From: a virus
Direction: 5' to 3' (one strand)
Virus record (IMG/VR): IMGVR_UViG_3300045988_037736
Coordinates: 32,001-96,000 of that record
DNA length: 64,000 bases
Part shown: positions 1 to 11,021 of the stretch, one piece after another
Layout of the letters: the number at the start of each line of letters is the position of its first letter
How positions within the stretch are numbered: the stretch's first letter is position 1
Notes under the pieces: generated by a model
What the model saw: only the letters and a program-made list of their open reading frames with translations
What the model was told of the DNA's origin: nothing
Database searches by the model: none
Program-made: the position numbers and the translations under genes

Positions 1-3000
1 GAAAGTGTTACTGCAAACCTTGCAGAAGAAGCGGGTCACTTTGTTATAGGTGCACTAGGAGAATCTCCCTTAGTAAAAAGACTTATGGAACTTCTTACCC
101 CAGAGGTACAAAGGGAAGCATTAGGTGATGAACTTGATGATAAGGTTCTTGGTCCTGATGGAAGGAGAGAAGTTGCAGGTGCCTTAGTAGGTAAGGCTCT
201 GATGGGAGGAGTTGATAATGAGAAGCCTTGGCAAAGAATGGTTCATAGAATTGTTAACTTAGCCAAGAGAGTCTTCTCCACTTTTAGTAAAGGAGATAAT
301 GCAGCTTACAGAGCTACACTTGAAGCAAAAGAAATAGCTGATAAACTTGTCAGTGACTTTATGTCAAGTAACTTTAGCGGTTCAATTGAGAATGCTCTTA
401 ACACAAGAGAAACTCTCTATAGTGCACATAGTTCTACTAATACAAAGCTATACAGAGAAACTGTCAATAGATTAAGTCTTGCTGTATCAGAACTCAGGAA
501 CATAGACAATAATGTTTTCACTGAAAGAATGATGGGCATTCTTGGTGTAACTGAGGCAGGAAGGACTAATCAAATCAATGCTAATACCTTCCTATCTGAT
601 AGCATTGCTCTTGATGGCATTACTGAGGCACTCAGTCTTATCTCTGACATGATGGGTCAAGGGAAAGAGATAGATACTCTTCTAAAATCTATTGACTTTC
701 AGAATGTTGGAGACTTCATGTCTAACATGGCTGAGAATGGAAAGAAGCTAAGGCAGATACACTCCTTTGTTACTCTCTCTTATACTCTACAGGGTATCAT
801 AGAAGAAGCTTGTGTTGAGGTAGGTGGTGAAAGGAAACTGAAAGGCAATATTGACCATGTTCAGTTGACAGATAGTCTTGGTAATGTAGTCACAGTAAAT
901 CTAAACCAAGTACTAGACAATCTTGCTAAAGCTAATAAGACTCTTATGGCAGAGTTGTTCTCTAAAGAGAGACAGTTCTTCTGTAGATTCTGTGAGGACA
1001 CTTTAGGAAGTAAATATGTGCAGACTTCTGCAAGAGTATTGTTTAGCAAAGATGGTAGATGGGGTTTGTCCTTTGAAGGAGAGGGAAAGATAAATGTTTC
1101 AGATGCCTTGGAGCACATGGAAAGTGATATTACTTTCTTTGAGAGGTATCTTGCTTCTATGTCTAATAATTCTGACCTTATAGGTCAAATAGTAGACAGA
1201 GCTACAAAGGCTGCAAACAAAGCAGCAGATGACCTTACAAACCAATGTCAGGATGAATTAAGAATCCTTGAGGCAAGACTAAAGAAACTTGGATTGAAAG
1301 ATACAAGTATTCTCTTTGAGAGAAGCTCAAGGGATGGTCAGCTTACAGGTAATATCATGTCTGATGTAAATTGGGGTGACTATGAGAATGATTGGAAAGA
1401 GTTTAAGGAACAGGAGCTTGAAAACTTCAAGCAATCAATACCTAACTTAGACCAATTGACAGAGTTCGAGAAAGCTCTTCAGTGGGATATGTATTTCAGA
1501 CCTCTATCAAAGGCTTGGCATAAAACTCATAGTGACTATGACCAGAACTTACAAAGGTATGTTCCTAATAGTAACTATGCTAACCCTGACTTTGCTGACC
1601 TTATGTCTAAACATCCTGGTCTTCAAGGATGGTATAATGACTTCATGCAATTAAAGACAGGTCTTGATGCAAGACTTCCTGAAGGAAGTACACTTGCAGT
1701 AAGGATGCCTCAGTTCAAAGGAAGGTTTATCAATAGGGTAAAGAATCAAAACAAAGGTCTAACAAAGGCTGTAGGTCATGCTTTAAGAGGTAGTATCATG
1801 GACACCTTCTGTGAGAGTAGTGAAGATACAGACTTTGGAAGTAACCAAACTTATAACTCTGAGGATGAAGAACTATTTGCTAATGCTCTTGCCCATGAGA
1901 AAGAGAAGTTACATAGACTGCCTCTCTTTGGTATAAACAAGTTGCAGGATATGACAGAATTGTCAACTGACTTGTTCCAATCTACACTTGCTTATGCTGG
2001 AATGGCTAATAGTCATCTTGCAATGAGTCAGATAGTAGATACTCTTGAAGTAGGAAGTAATGTTCTTGCTAAGAGAAGTGTTGCTGGTCAAAGTACTGAG
2101 GAACAAAGGCAAGGTAATAAGTCTAAGGCTTACAATAGATACCTCAAGTTCCTTGATAAGCAGGTATATGGCATTGGTAACACAAAGCATAAGATAGGCA
2201 AGAAAGTAGTACTTGAGAAAGTGCTAGCAGCTCTATCAGGATTTGCAAGTAAGTATTTCCTAGGAGGTAATGTTGCTGGTGGTATGGTTAACACCATGAC
2301 TGGTTTCAATGAAATATTCAAAGAAGCCTTATCTGGGGAATACTATTCTCTGAAAGATTTCCAAAAGGCTAACAGACTTTACTTTGGGTCATTTGTCAAC
2401 AACTGGATGGACTATGGTAAAGATGTAAAGAGTGATAAGGTATCTCTACTTATAAGGCACTTTAACATTCTTGGAGACAGTAGACAGAGGCAAAGAGATT
2501 GGGAGAATGACAGAAATGGCTGGACCAGAATCTATAATAGGTTCAGTGAAAGCCTATTCCTTCCATATAAGTCTGGTGACCATTATATGTCAACTATATC
2601 CTATCTTGCACTTGCAAGTAAGACTATGCTATATGATGAGTATGGCACTAGAATATCTCTGTTTGATGCTTATAAAGTGGTTGACAATGAAGATACCTAT
2701 GGTAACAAGGCAGGAAAGACTTTATCTCTCGAAGGGACATTCTTCAAATCAGCAGATGGTAAGCAGGAATATGACATGGTAAATTCTATCATATCTCAGA
2801 TAGAAGCTGCTATGTCTAGTCCATTTGGAGCCTCAATCAATCTTACACAGGATGAGCAGGATTATCTTGCAAACAAGGGCTACAACCTCGCAGATACTGA
2901 AAATACTCTTGCTAATCTAAGGCAGGATGCTGAGAACCTTACTTGGAATGCTACTGATGAGACAGAGTTCATGGATAAAGCCAGGGAGATTAACATCAGA

Positions 3001-3768
3001 CTTCATGGTATTTATAATAACCAAGACAAGGTAGCTTTCTCTCAGAGCTGGTATGGTAATGCTGTGCTTGCTATGAGGGGTTATGCCCTTGGTATGATGG
3101 AAAGGAGATTTGGTGCTAATAAGTATAGTGTAGTTCTTGGACAAAATGTTGAAGGTTCACTCAATACTGTTGCTAAGGTGCTATTAAGCACATTTACTGA
3201 TAGAGGTGGCTTCAAACTTACAGCAAGAGCATTGTTACTTCCCTTTGGAAAGAACACAGCAAATGCTCTATATCAAGCTGGTTTCTCCTCAAATCAGGTA
3301 AGAAACCTTAAAAGAAATTGGGGTGACAACTTGTTGATTGGACTTTTATATCTGCTAAGATGTCTATCAAGTCTTGGAGATGATGACGATGATGATGAAA
3401 CCAATATAGCAATGGGTCTTACATATTACTTCTCAAATAGATTGTTCAGGGAGCAGGCAGCTTTCAACAATCCTATGGGTTGGTACTATGAGGCAAACAC
3501 TGTACTTGATATGATGCCTTCAGGGTTCAGTGCCCTGATGGATATTGGCAAGACAGGTTATCAACTTGCTGGTCAATCATTTGCTGATGAAGCTAATTCA
3601 ACTTTCTTCTATCAGTCAAGTAAAGAAGGATTCTATGAAGAGGGAGACTCAAAAGGATGGAATCATATGAAGAGAATGACTCCTTATTTAAGGAGTGTAT
3701 ATACATTCCAACATCCTTATGAAGCTGCTAAATCCTATGAGTATGGTAGAAATGTAAAGGCTAGATAA
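1..3768 (+). CDS. large hypothetical protein, 5'-partial (frame open from nt 1; tracked ORF 85-3768, >=1255 aa); acidic D6 tract
   Basis: No stop in frame 1 from nt 1 to the TAA at 3766-3768. Protein-like composition. No TAG in frame. No motif recognised. Confidence 0.6.
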   Translation, partial: ESVTANLAEEAGHFVIGALGESPLVKRLMELLTPEVQREALGDELDDKVLGPDGRREVAGALVGKALMGGVDNEKPWQRMVHRIVNLAKRVFSTFSKGDNAAYRATLEAKEIADKLVSDFMSSNFSGSIENALNTRETLYSAHSSTNTKLYRETVNRLSLAVSELRNIDNNVFTERMMGILGVTEAGRTNQINANTFLSDSIALDGITEALSLISDMMGQGKEIDTLLKSIDFQNVGDFMSNMAENGKKLRQIHSFVTLSYTLQGIIEEACVEVGGERKLKGNIDHVQLTDSLGNVVTVNLNQVLDNLAKANKTLMAELFSKERQFFCRFCEDTLGSKYVQTSARVLFSKDGRWGLSFEGEGKINVSDALEHMESDITFFERYLASMSNNSDLIGQIVDRATKAANKAADDLTNQCQDELRILEARLKKLGLKDTSILFERSSRDGQLTGNIMSDVNWGDYENDWKEFKEQELENFKQSIPNLDQLTEFEKALQWDMYFRPLSKAWHKTHSDYDQNLQRYVPNSNYANPDFADLMSKHPGLQGWYNDFMQLKTGLDARLPEGSTLAVRMPQFKGRFINRVKNQNKGLTKAVGHALRGSIMDTFCESSEDTDFGSNQTYNSEDEELFANALAHEKEKLHRLPLFGINKLQDMTELSTDLFQSTLAYAGMANSHLAMSQIVDTLEVGSNVLAKRSVAGQSTEEQRQGNKSKAYNRYLKFLDKQVYGIGNTKHKIGKKVVLEKVLAALSGFASKYFLGGNVAGGMVNTMTGFNEIFKEALSGEYYSLKDFQKANRLYFGSFVNNWMDYGKDVKSDKVSLLIRHFNILGDSRQRQRDWENDRNGWTRIYNRFSESLFLPYKSGDHYMSTISYLALASKTMLYDEYGTRISLFDAYKVVDNEDTYGNKAGKTLSLEGTFFKSADGKQEYDMVNSIISQIEAAMSSPFGASINLTQDEQDYLANKGYNLADTENTLANLRQDAENLTWNATDETEFMDKAREINIRLHGIYNNQDKVAFSQSWYGNAVLAMRGYALGMMERRFGANKYSVVLGQNVEGSLNTVAKVLLSTFTDRGGFKLTARALLLPFGKNTANALYQAGFSSNQVRNLKRNWGDNLLIGLLYLLRCLSSLGDDDDDDETNIAMGLTYYFSNRLFREQAAFNNPMGWYYEANTVLDMMPSGFSALMDIGKTGYQLAGQSFADEANSTFFYQSSKEGFYEEGDSKGWNHMKRMTPYLRSVYTFQHPYEAAKSYEYGRNVKAR

Positions 3769-3772
3769 ATAA

Positions 3773-3818
3773 AAAGGGTAGTGAGAATTAACTCACTACC
3801 CTATTTTTTTTTTTTTCA
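3773..3818. terminator. bidirectional intrinsic-terminator-like hairpin between convergent genes
   Basis: GGGTAGTGAG-aattaa-CTCACTACCC stem-loop followed by a 13-nt T run. It lies between the + gene ending 3768 and the - gene ending 3826. Confidence 0.6.
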
Positions 3819-3825
3819 ATTAGTT

Positions 3826-6800
3826 TTATAGACAACCAAGCTCTTGTTCCATCTCTTGGTCTTCCATCTGTGACCAAGACACTTCATCTATATGCTTGGC
3901 AGCAAGTCCATCTCTTTGCTCCTGTGTTAGATTATTCCACTGTAGATGGTGTGGAATAGGAGTTAATCTTCCTCCTAAATCCCAACCCATTCCTCCAGTG
4001 AAGTCATCTTCAAATAGACCCTCTCCTATGCTCATATCAACTGCTATTCCTAGAGTAGGGTCAACAGTCATATCAACAGAGTCTGCTACCTGAGCTTCTA
4101 TAGGAGTTACAGGTTCTACAGGAGCCTCTACAACACCAGTTCCTTCATTAAGAGTCTCTTCAATTCCTGAAACCATTGCCTTCTCAGCATCAGTAAGTCT
4201 ATCATAGACTATCCTTAATGGCTTGTAAGGAACTGCAATAGTCTCTTGGAGTACAGGATTTGCCTCTGTATATTCTCTACCATCTATAAGAAGTTGATTA
4301 TCCTTCTCAGGTGATACTGAATAGTCAGCAGTTCCATTTCTCCAACCTGCTGGTGCAGGATAGGAAACTCCAATAGGAATAATGTTGAGAGCCTTCACTT
4401 GTACACCATATTTTCTCTCAAGGAAATCTTTATAAAGAGACAACTGTCTAGCATACTTCTCCCTCTTATGTTGGTCAATCCCACTTCTATTAGTCTTCAT
4501 ATCGAAGATATAGAAGTTTCCCTTTCCATCATAGGCAAGAATGTCAAGTGTTCCTGCTACATTTATAGTATGGACTTTACCATTGCTGTCAGCAACTTCA
4601 ACCTGCCCTGTAACAGTTACATCCCTTGGAACAACTGTCAAACCATTTACCTCAAGGTTATTCTTGAGTACAGTGAGTTGTTCTGCAAACTTCTGTAAAG
4701 CTTCAGGAGTAGCATTAGGATACTTGCTAAAGTCAGTTGCCACACCTGCAAAGAAGTCTCTTACAAACTCATCAATACCAGTACCTATATTAGTAGAGGG
4801 TGTTACCCAAGGACTGTTAGGGTCAAACCTTTCTCCAGCCTCTTCATCAGCAGCTATTATTGAAGTAACTCTAGCATATCTAGTACCTTTACTATCAACA
4901 TAGCCTGAGCCATCATCAGCGAGAGTAATAGATTTAGAGTCATCTACAATCCTATCTACTATCTCCTTTGCTCTTTCAGCAGCAGGGTTAGCAGCAGGAG
5001 CAGACTCTCCCTGTACTACAGTTCCAGTGTCACTGTCTATTACTGTATCACCTCTTACAACCTGACCATTAGGTACTACTACTGGCTCATTAACAGGAGA
5101 TGCAGGTGAGGCATTAGTAGGGTTAGCTACTGTAGTATATACAGGACTTCCATCACTCTTGAAAGGACTCTGTAGTGCTATACCTTGGATGATATAATTG
5201 AATGATACATTAGTAGGACTTACCTCAAGGAAACCATCATCATATATATCTGATAGGTTCTTCTTGGCTGCATTGTCTCCTTCAGCAGCTCTCTCTACAT
5301 CAGAGAATGGAACTTGCCATTTGATAAATGAGTCTCTCTCATTAGCCATTCTAACTTCTCCACTTTCATCAGTAAGAAGATTCTTAAGGAACTCATGCTG
5401 AGCAGCCTTACTTGCCTCTTCTGTCATTCCCTGATATACAGTAGTAAGATGTATAGGGGTAATGGAGCCATCATCATTGACAAGGTCTATACTATATACC
5501 TTCTTACCATCTGCTACCTGGTCTGTAGCAGTGACAGAGTAATGCCATCCAGACTTTGAAGGAACATTCATGTAGTTACTTATTTGATTCTCAATAGTAT
5601 TAGCCATTGAGTTAAGTAACTTTTCAGTATCACCTAAAGGTACTACTTGACCACTAGAATCTCTTGTGAAACTCATCTCCTCATCTGAGAAAGTCTCAAT
5701 GAAGTTAGCTATAGTCTTGGCAGCTCTTCTGGTTCTACTGTTAAAGTTGATAAGTCCATCTACACTGTCTCTTACTTGGGAAACAGTCTGTCCTTCCTTG
5801 TTCTGAGTTCTTTGTACTGGAGCAATAAAGATGTCTATGGGCTGTGTTCCACCATTCAGTTTGTCTTGATGGAATACAATCTTCTTTCTATTGTCTCCCA
5901 CCTTAACTATACCAAGTCTCTTTAAGAAATTCCTCTTGGCTTTTTGATAGCCCATTGGAGTTCCCTTATCCTGTTCACTAAGGTCATTCTGTCCAACATC
6001 AAGTACATTATTATTCTCCTGTCCTCTTCTACTTGAGTCAAAGCTGGTTGCAGCTACAATAGGCTTAAGTAGTTTGGTTACAACAGGAGAACCATCAGTA
6101 TTCTTTACAAGGGATGTGCCAGTATTGCCTACTGCAAGGCTCCTTATAGGAGCCATGTTCTTGCTACCTGGACTATATTCAACTCCTGTAGCAGACATTA
6201 CACTAACTGGTTGGAAGTGCTTATCCTGACCATCAACATTGATAGTTATTGGACCATTAGAAGATTCAACAACTGCAATGATAGGTAGGTCATTTTCAGT
6301 ATATCCAAAGCCCTTAGATTCCATGTTGCTCTTAACCTCATCTGTAAGTGCATCATCTGTAATGAACATCACTTCAGAATCTCTAGTAAGAACTCCATCT
6401 CTTAGGGCATCCTCAATACCATACTTATCATAGTACCTTACTATAGGAGTATCAGGATGAGATTGCCTCAGATAAGCTATATTCATACTGGTAATCATAC
6501 CAGATTCTGGATTACCAACAATGAACTGATAGTTCATCTTCCTTGCTTGAGTTCTGATTGCTCTTCTTCTCTTATCAAAGAATGGAGATACAGGAGCATC
6601 TACCCTAGGAGAAGGAGTATCAATCTTCTTCTCATCTGACTGAGATTTAAGAACCTTAGCTACAACATGTCTTAGAAGGTCAGGTACTTGAGTTTCATTA
6701 GCTTCTGCTCTACCATCCATAGCATTTGCTCTTGCAGTAATAGCATCTGCAAACTCTTGTACAGTGTCAAAGCTATTGGCAGACAGTCCTTCTATAAGAG

Positions 6801-9800
6801 CCTTTACCTGCTCCTTTGCTTCAGCAGTAAATGAAGGTGCATTCTCTGCAACTCTTAAAGCTACTTCAGCGGCTTTACCAACCTCCTCATTGCTATTTTC
6901 AATGAATGTGTCTATAACAGAACTAGGTTGGGTTACTTCAATAGGAGTTTCTACAGGAGTAACAGGAGTTTCAACTTCACCCTGCTCAACCATATCAGAT
7001 ACTGTAGGACTTCCAACTCTTTCACCATCTTCAGTAATATGTCCTGCTTCAGGGGTACTACCTCCAATGTCAAATATAGTTGGACCAGATGGAGTAGGGT
7101 CAGGAATTGCAGCTGGCTCTGAGGCTTCAACAGGAGTTTCAGTTGGAACAACTTCCTCATTATTAAGGTCTCTTTGTTCTCTTTCTGAGTTATACCTGCC
7201 CATTATATCTCTATAGGTTTGAATGGTCTCTTCTATAGAGTTATAGCCTGTAATCTGCCCTTCAATAGGAGCCTTCTCATTTGCTCTTGCAAGATGCTGT
7301 TCAAAGTAAAGATTAACTTCTCCATCCTCAGCAGCATCCCTATCATAGTCAAGTAGCATTTCAGCACCTGCTTCAACATCAGTTACATCAACTCCACTAT
7401 TACTTAGATAGTCAAGAGTAGCTGCAAAAACATCAGCTCTTGGGTCATTCTCTTCAAAGACTCCATTCCTTTCAGCCCAATCATAAATCTCTGACTTTCT
7501 TTCATTCTCTCTAGAGTATCTTTCAAACATATCTCTAGCTTCCTGAGGGAAATCATACCATTTACCCTTGTAAGACTGATTGGTAAGCATATCTTCTACA
7601 GCAGCTATTTCAGCTTCATCCCCTCTATTATAAATATCATCAAGTCTTTCTGAGAATTGCCAATAGTTACCATTAGTTGCTATATCAAGGAGTTCCTCAT
7701 TTTTCTTCTGTAGCATTCTCTGTTGTGCTTGATGTTTAACCTTTGCCACATACCTATTGAGGGCTTTAGGGCTATACATAAGAGCAAACTGAGAGTTCAT
7801 AGCAGCTCTATAGTCTCTTTCAACTCTATTCCTATCTGCAATCTTCTTGGTAAAGTCTTGATGTATAGAAGTACCTACACTATTAACTTTATCAATTTCA
7901 GCTTGCTGTTCCTGACTATATCTATCTCTATGCTTTGGGTCAAGCATAAAGGCTCTATCACTTGCAGACAGAGACATAATCTCAGAAGCAGAAAGAACTG
8001 TAGTATCTACAGGGTCATTATATGTAACACCATCCCTCTCTACTGCCTGATGCTGAGCATTGAAACTGTAGTCTTCCTGAGCAGACTTTATAGACTTGAT
8101 GTTTCTATCAAGTTCTCTAGCATAGCTTTCAGCCATAGCAAGAGTAGCTTGGTCTTCCTGTGAAAGAGAACCTCTCTTCTGCTCTCTCTTCATCTCTCTT
8201 ACAACTTGGTCAAGTTCAGACTTCTGTTCTTCAAGTTTAGAGAGTTCAGTTACAGCATTACTTAGTGAGCCAAACCTTGCTATAAGTCTCCTTCCTTTAT
8301 TATTGAGAGCTGAGCTTGGAGTAGCATCTTCCTGTGAGTTAAGTTCAGTTGTTACCTCAGCTATTTCTTCATCAAGTTGACCTATCCTCTTCTTATAGTC
8401 CTCAATAACTACCTTATTAAATACCATACTTGCCTTAACATCCTGGTCAATATTCTCTCCAAATATCTTCTCAATAGACCTGGTTTCTTTTGAAACCATA
8501 TCCATCATGTCAAGCATTTCATTGGCATTTCTCTGTATAGTCTGAAGGGCTTCCTCTCTACTTATGTTCTGAGTTCTGTTCTGAGCTGATGCCATGAACT
8601 GTTCAACAGCCTTTGATTCCTCTGACTCAGGGTCTTGCAGATTCTGAGCATCAAAGTTTGCCCTTGCCTGTAGGTTAGCCATAACAGCTTCATGATAACC
8701 AGTACCTTCAAGGTCATTAAGAGTTATAATGTTACTAAACATTTGACCAACTCTTGCATCTCTTGCAGCCTTTTCATCATTACTTTCTATAGCCTCTTGA
8801 TATTGAGTAAGCCATTCAGCAGTACCTCCTGCATTAAATAATGCTCTCTGCATACTTTCATCAGAGAAGTAGGTATTAAAGTGTTCAGCCATCTTCTCCC
8901 TCTGCTGATTGACAGCATTGATTTCAGTATTTGAGAATAAAGGAGTAAAGGCACTTCTCCAAGTAATACCCTTTGCAGTCATATTACCATTAGCACCTTG
9001 TTTCATACCAATGTTAGGTCCACCCATTGCAGTGGATAAAGCACCATAGACACCACTCTTTATAGCATCAAAGGATATAGCTGTATTACCTGCTGCTTGT
9101 AGACCTGCTGCAAAGGATTGCCAGAAGTCATTCTGAGCTGCTGTAGCTCCAGGGTTTGCACCATATTTATTGTCAATATACTGTTGCATTTTGTCTTCAG
9201 CATATGCCTGACCAAATGCACTAGATATATCCTGTGTGTACTCTTCAAAGCCTTCACCTAAAGCCTCCTTAAGCCTACCCTTAAAGGCTTGACCCTTAGT
9301 CATCTGTCTTGCTTGAGCTACCCATCTATCTCCCTGTCTTGCTATATTAACTGCATCTCCTACAGAGTTATTTCCTCCTATACCAATCTTCCTAAGAGCA
9401 TTCTGAACTCTTGGAGCTTGCTGACCTGCCTGCCATGTAGCATTGACCATACCATTTATAACAGAGTTAGTCCAAAAGTCATAGTACATAGCTGTGTTGG
9501 CACTTTCCTCGGCAGCTTGTCTATCTGCTGCCATATCAGCAGCATACTTTCCTTCAAACTGTGCTCTAGCTTCAGGGTTGGACTTTAAGTAGTCTGCTTG
9601 TTCCTGAGACATATTATGCTCTCTAGCATAGGCATCAATATCAGCATCTACCTTAGAAGCATATCTATTCTGAATATCTGTTTCAAGACCTTTCAGAGTT
9701 TCCTGTTTGGTCATAGCAGCATTCATGCCACCTTCAACTGTGCCTACTGCACCTGGAACAAGAAGATTTCCTATGTTCCTTGCCTTAGTCACTCCTCTTA

Positions 9801-10998
9801 GGAAGGATACTCCTTTTGCTGAAGCATTAAGAGTCTTTCCTCCCATAGCTACTTTTCCTAGCCAAGCAGCTCCTTTAGTAGCTGCATTAACAGCAGCAGA
9901 GCTACCAAATGAGAGGATAGTAGAGGCAGCAGTAAAACCATACTGACCAAATAACTCAAAGGGTGTATTAGCTGAAAATAAGGAGTTCTGTTGCTCAACA
10001 GTATTAAAGATAGGATTGTCAGATAGTCCAAGACTCTCCAATCTCTCTTGCTCCGATGGTGACCATGAGTTAGTAGTTGCAACCCTGTCACCATATCTAG
10101 TTACAGCATTATCAATTACATTCTCAAGCCATGACTCATCATCTTCAAGACCTATACCTACAGCACCACCTATCATACCAGCAGCTCTGATAATCATACC
10201 AGCAGCACTGTCAATAAACTGAGCACCAGAGTTCCATGTTTTTTCAAGGAATGACTGATTGTTTGCTACTGTATTTTGATAGTAGTTACCAAGAGCCTTA
10301 GCAGCAAACTGACCTCCACCAACTGCTTCATTAGCAAGATAGGAGGCAAGAACCTGCTTTCTCTCCTCTGTAGACATTGATAGCTTATCTGTACCATTAT
10401 ACTCCTTATACATTGGAGAAATTTCTCCTGAGAAAGAATCAAGGTCAGTCAGGTACCTTTCTAGAGTCTCTGAGTCTAGGGCATTAAGCTGGTTATAGTA
10501 GGTATCATATAGTTGGGCAGACTTATTCTCAAGATAGGAAAAAGCCTGCTCCCTCATAGTATCTCCTCCTGTTAACTTAGCATCAATTAGGGCATACTTG
10601 TAATCAGGGTCAAACAGGAACTTCCACACAGAAGTGGAAGATTCCTGTAAATCACTCCTAGCATCAAGGTCAGATGCTAGAGCCTTCTTTGCTACATAGT
10701 CATCTCTCTGTCCTTTCGTAAGAGAGCTTCTGCTGTTGAATATCTGTTGGTCTTCTTCACTGTTACTATTGCCAAATATATCCATGAATACTGTGTTCCT
10801 AAAGTAGTTATCTTTTTGAACATCATCCATTCCTTGAATTTCTCTAGCATACTGCTTCTCCCATTCAGCCCTATCATCTGCACTAAGACCGGTCAGTCCC
10901 GAAAAGTAGGACTGATTATACCTTTGCTGTAGAGTCTGTTGTGACTTCTCTGAAGGAAGAGCAAACATTCCAGTGGGACCACCCGCTAATATAGGCAT
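3826..10998 (-). CDS. giant 2390-aa multidomain virion/ejected-type protein. Gly/Ala-rich N-terminal part, Pro/Thr/Val-rich linkers, C-terminal RecB-family PD-(D/E)xK-like motif set (D..FDMK..QLSLY).
   Basis: Single 7.2-kb ORF, TAA stop, no in-frame TAG. Motifs LDILAYDG / IFDMK / QLSLY lie near the C-terminus (nt ~4440-4560). Confidence 0.75.
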   Translation of the reverse strand: MPILAGGPTGMFALPSEKSQQTLQQRYNQSYFSGLTGLSADDRAEWEKQYAREIQGMDDVQKDNYFRNTVFMDIFGNSNSEEDQQIFNSRSSLTKGQRDDYVAKKALASDLDARSDLQESSTSVWKFLFDPDYKYALIDAKLTGGDTMREQAFSYLENKSAQLYDTYYNQLNALDSETLERYLTDLDSFSGEISPMYKEYNGTDKLSMSTEERKQVLASYLANEAVGGGQFAAKALGNYYQNTVANNQSFLEKTWNSGAQFIDSAAGMIIRAAGMIGGAVGIGLEDDESWLENVIDNAVTRYGDRVATTNSWSPSEQERLESLGLSDNPIFNTVEQQNSLFSANTPFELFGQYGFTAASTILSFGSSAAVNAATKGAAWLGKVAMGGKTLNASAKGVSFLRGVTKARNIGNLLVPGAVGTVEGGMNAAMTKQETLKGLETDIQNRYASKVDADIDAYAREHNMSQEQADYLKSNPEARAQFEGKYAADMAADRQAAEESANTAMYYDFWTNSVINGMVNATWQAGQQAPRVQNALRKIGIGGNNSVGDAVNIARQGDRWVAQARQMTKGQAFKGRLKEALGEGFEEYTQDISSAFGQAYAEDKMQQYIDNKYGANPGATAAQNDFWQSFAAGLQAAGNTAISFDAIKSGVYGALSTAMGGPNIGMKQGANGNMTAKGITWRSAFTPLFSNTEINAVNQQREKMAEHFNTYFSDESMQRALFNAGGTAEWLTQYQEAIESNDEKAARDARVGQMFSNIITLNDLEGTGYHEAVMANLQARANFDAQNLQDPESEESKAVEQFMASAQNRTQNISREEALQTIQRNANEMLDMMDMVSKETRSIEKIFGENIDQDVKASMVFNKVVIEDYKKRIGQLDEEIAEVTTELNSQEDATPSSALNNKGRRLIARFGSLSNAVTELSKLEEQKSELDQVVREMKREQKRGSLSQEDQATLAMAESYARELDRNIKSIKSAQEDYSFNAQHQAVERDGVTYNDPVDTTVLSASEIMSLSASDRAFMLDPKHRDRYSQEQQAEIDKVNSVGTSIHQDFTKKIADRNRVERDYRAAMNSQFALMYSPKALNRYVAKVKHQAQQRMLQKKNEELLDIATNGNYWQFSERLDDIYNRGDEAEIAAVEDMLTNQSYKGKWYDFPQEARDMFERYSRENERKSEIYDWAERNGVFEENDPRADVFAATLDYLSNSGVDVTDVEAGAEMLLDYDRDAAEDGEVNLYFEQHLARANEKAPIEGQITGYNSIEETIQTYRDIMGRYNSEREQRDLNNEEVVPTETPVEASEPAAIPDPTPSGPTIFDIGGSTPEAGHITEDGERVGSPTVSDMVEQGEVETPVTPVETPIEVTQPSSVIDTFIENSNEEVGKAAEVALRVAENAPSFTAEAKEQVKALIEGLSANSFDTVQEFADAITARANAMDGRAEANETQVPDLLRHVVAKVLKSQSDEKKIDTPSPRVDAPVSPFFDKRRRAIRTQARKMNYQFIVGNPESGMITSMNIAYLRQSHPDTPIVRYYDKYGIEDALRDGVLTRDSEVMFITDDALTDEVKSNMESKGFGYTENDLPIIAVVESSNGPITINVDGQDKHFQPVSVMSATGVEYSPGSKNMAPIRSLAVGNTGTSLVKNTDGSPVVTKLLKPIVAATSFDSSRRGQENNNVLDVGQNDLSEQDKGTPMGYQKAKRNFLKRLGIVKVGDNRKKIVFHQDKLNGGTQPIDIFIAPVQRTQNKEGQTVSQVRDSVDGLINFNSRTRRAAKTIANFIETFSDEEMSFTRDSSGQVVPLGDTEKLLNSMANTIENQISNYMNVPSKSGWHYSVTATDQVADGKKVYSIDLVNDDGSITPIHLTTVYQGMTEEASKAAQHEFLKNLLTDESGEVRMANERDSFIKWQVPFSDVERAAEGDNAAKKNLSDIYDDGFLEVSPTNVSFNYIIQGIALQSPFKSDGSPVYTTVANPTNASPASPVNEPVVVPNGQVVRGDTVIDSDTGTVVQGESAPAANPAAERAKEIVDRIVDDSKSITLADDGSGYVDSKGTRYARVTSIIAADEEAGERFDPNSPWVTPSTNIGTGIDEFVRDFFAGVATDFSKYPNATPEALQKFAEQLTVLKNNLEVNGLTVVPRDVTVTGQVEVADSNGKVHTINVAGTLDILAYDGKGNFYIFDMKTNRSGIDQHKREKYARQLSLYKDFLERKYGVQVKALNIIPIGVSYPAPAGWRNGTADYSVSPEKDNQLLIDGREYTEANPVLQETIAVPYKPLRIVYDRLTDAEKAMVSGIEETLNEGTGVVEAPVEPVTPIEAQVADSVDMTVDPTLGIAVDMSIGEGLFEDDFTGGMGWDLGGRLTPIPHHLQWNNLTQEQRDGLAAKHIDEVSWSQMEDQEMEQELGCL

Positions 10999-11021
10999 AA
11001 TTTATAAATATTTTTAAGTTA

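Noticed and set aside
3896-10222. Numerous 60-150-aa plus-strand ORFs (e.g. 4541-4903, 6764-7216, 7723-8163)
   Set aside because: All lie antisense inside the 2390-aa minus-strand gene. They are low-complexity and have no support, so they are spurious.
1-10998. DxDGD/NADFDGD multisubunit-RNAP catalytic motif in the 1255-aa and 2390-aa proteins (crAss-like virion RNAP)
   Set aside because: Motif not found by eye. No RNAP call is made.
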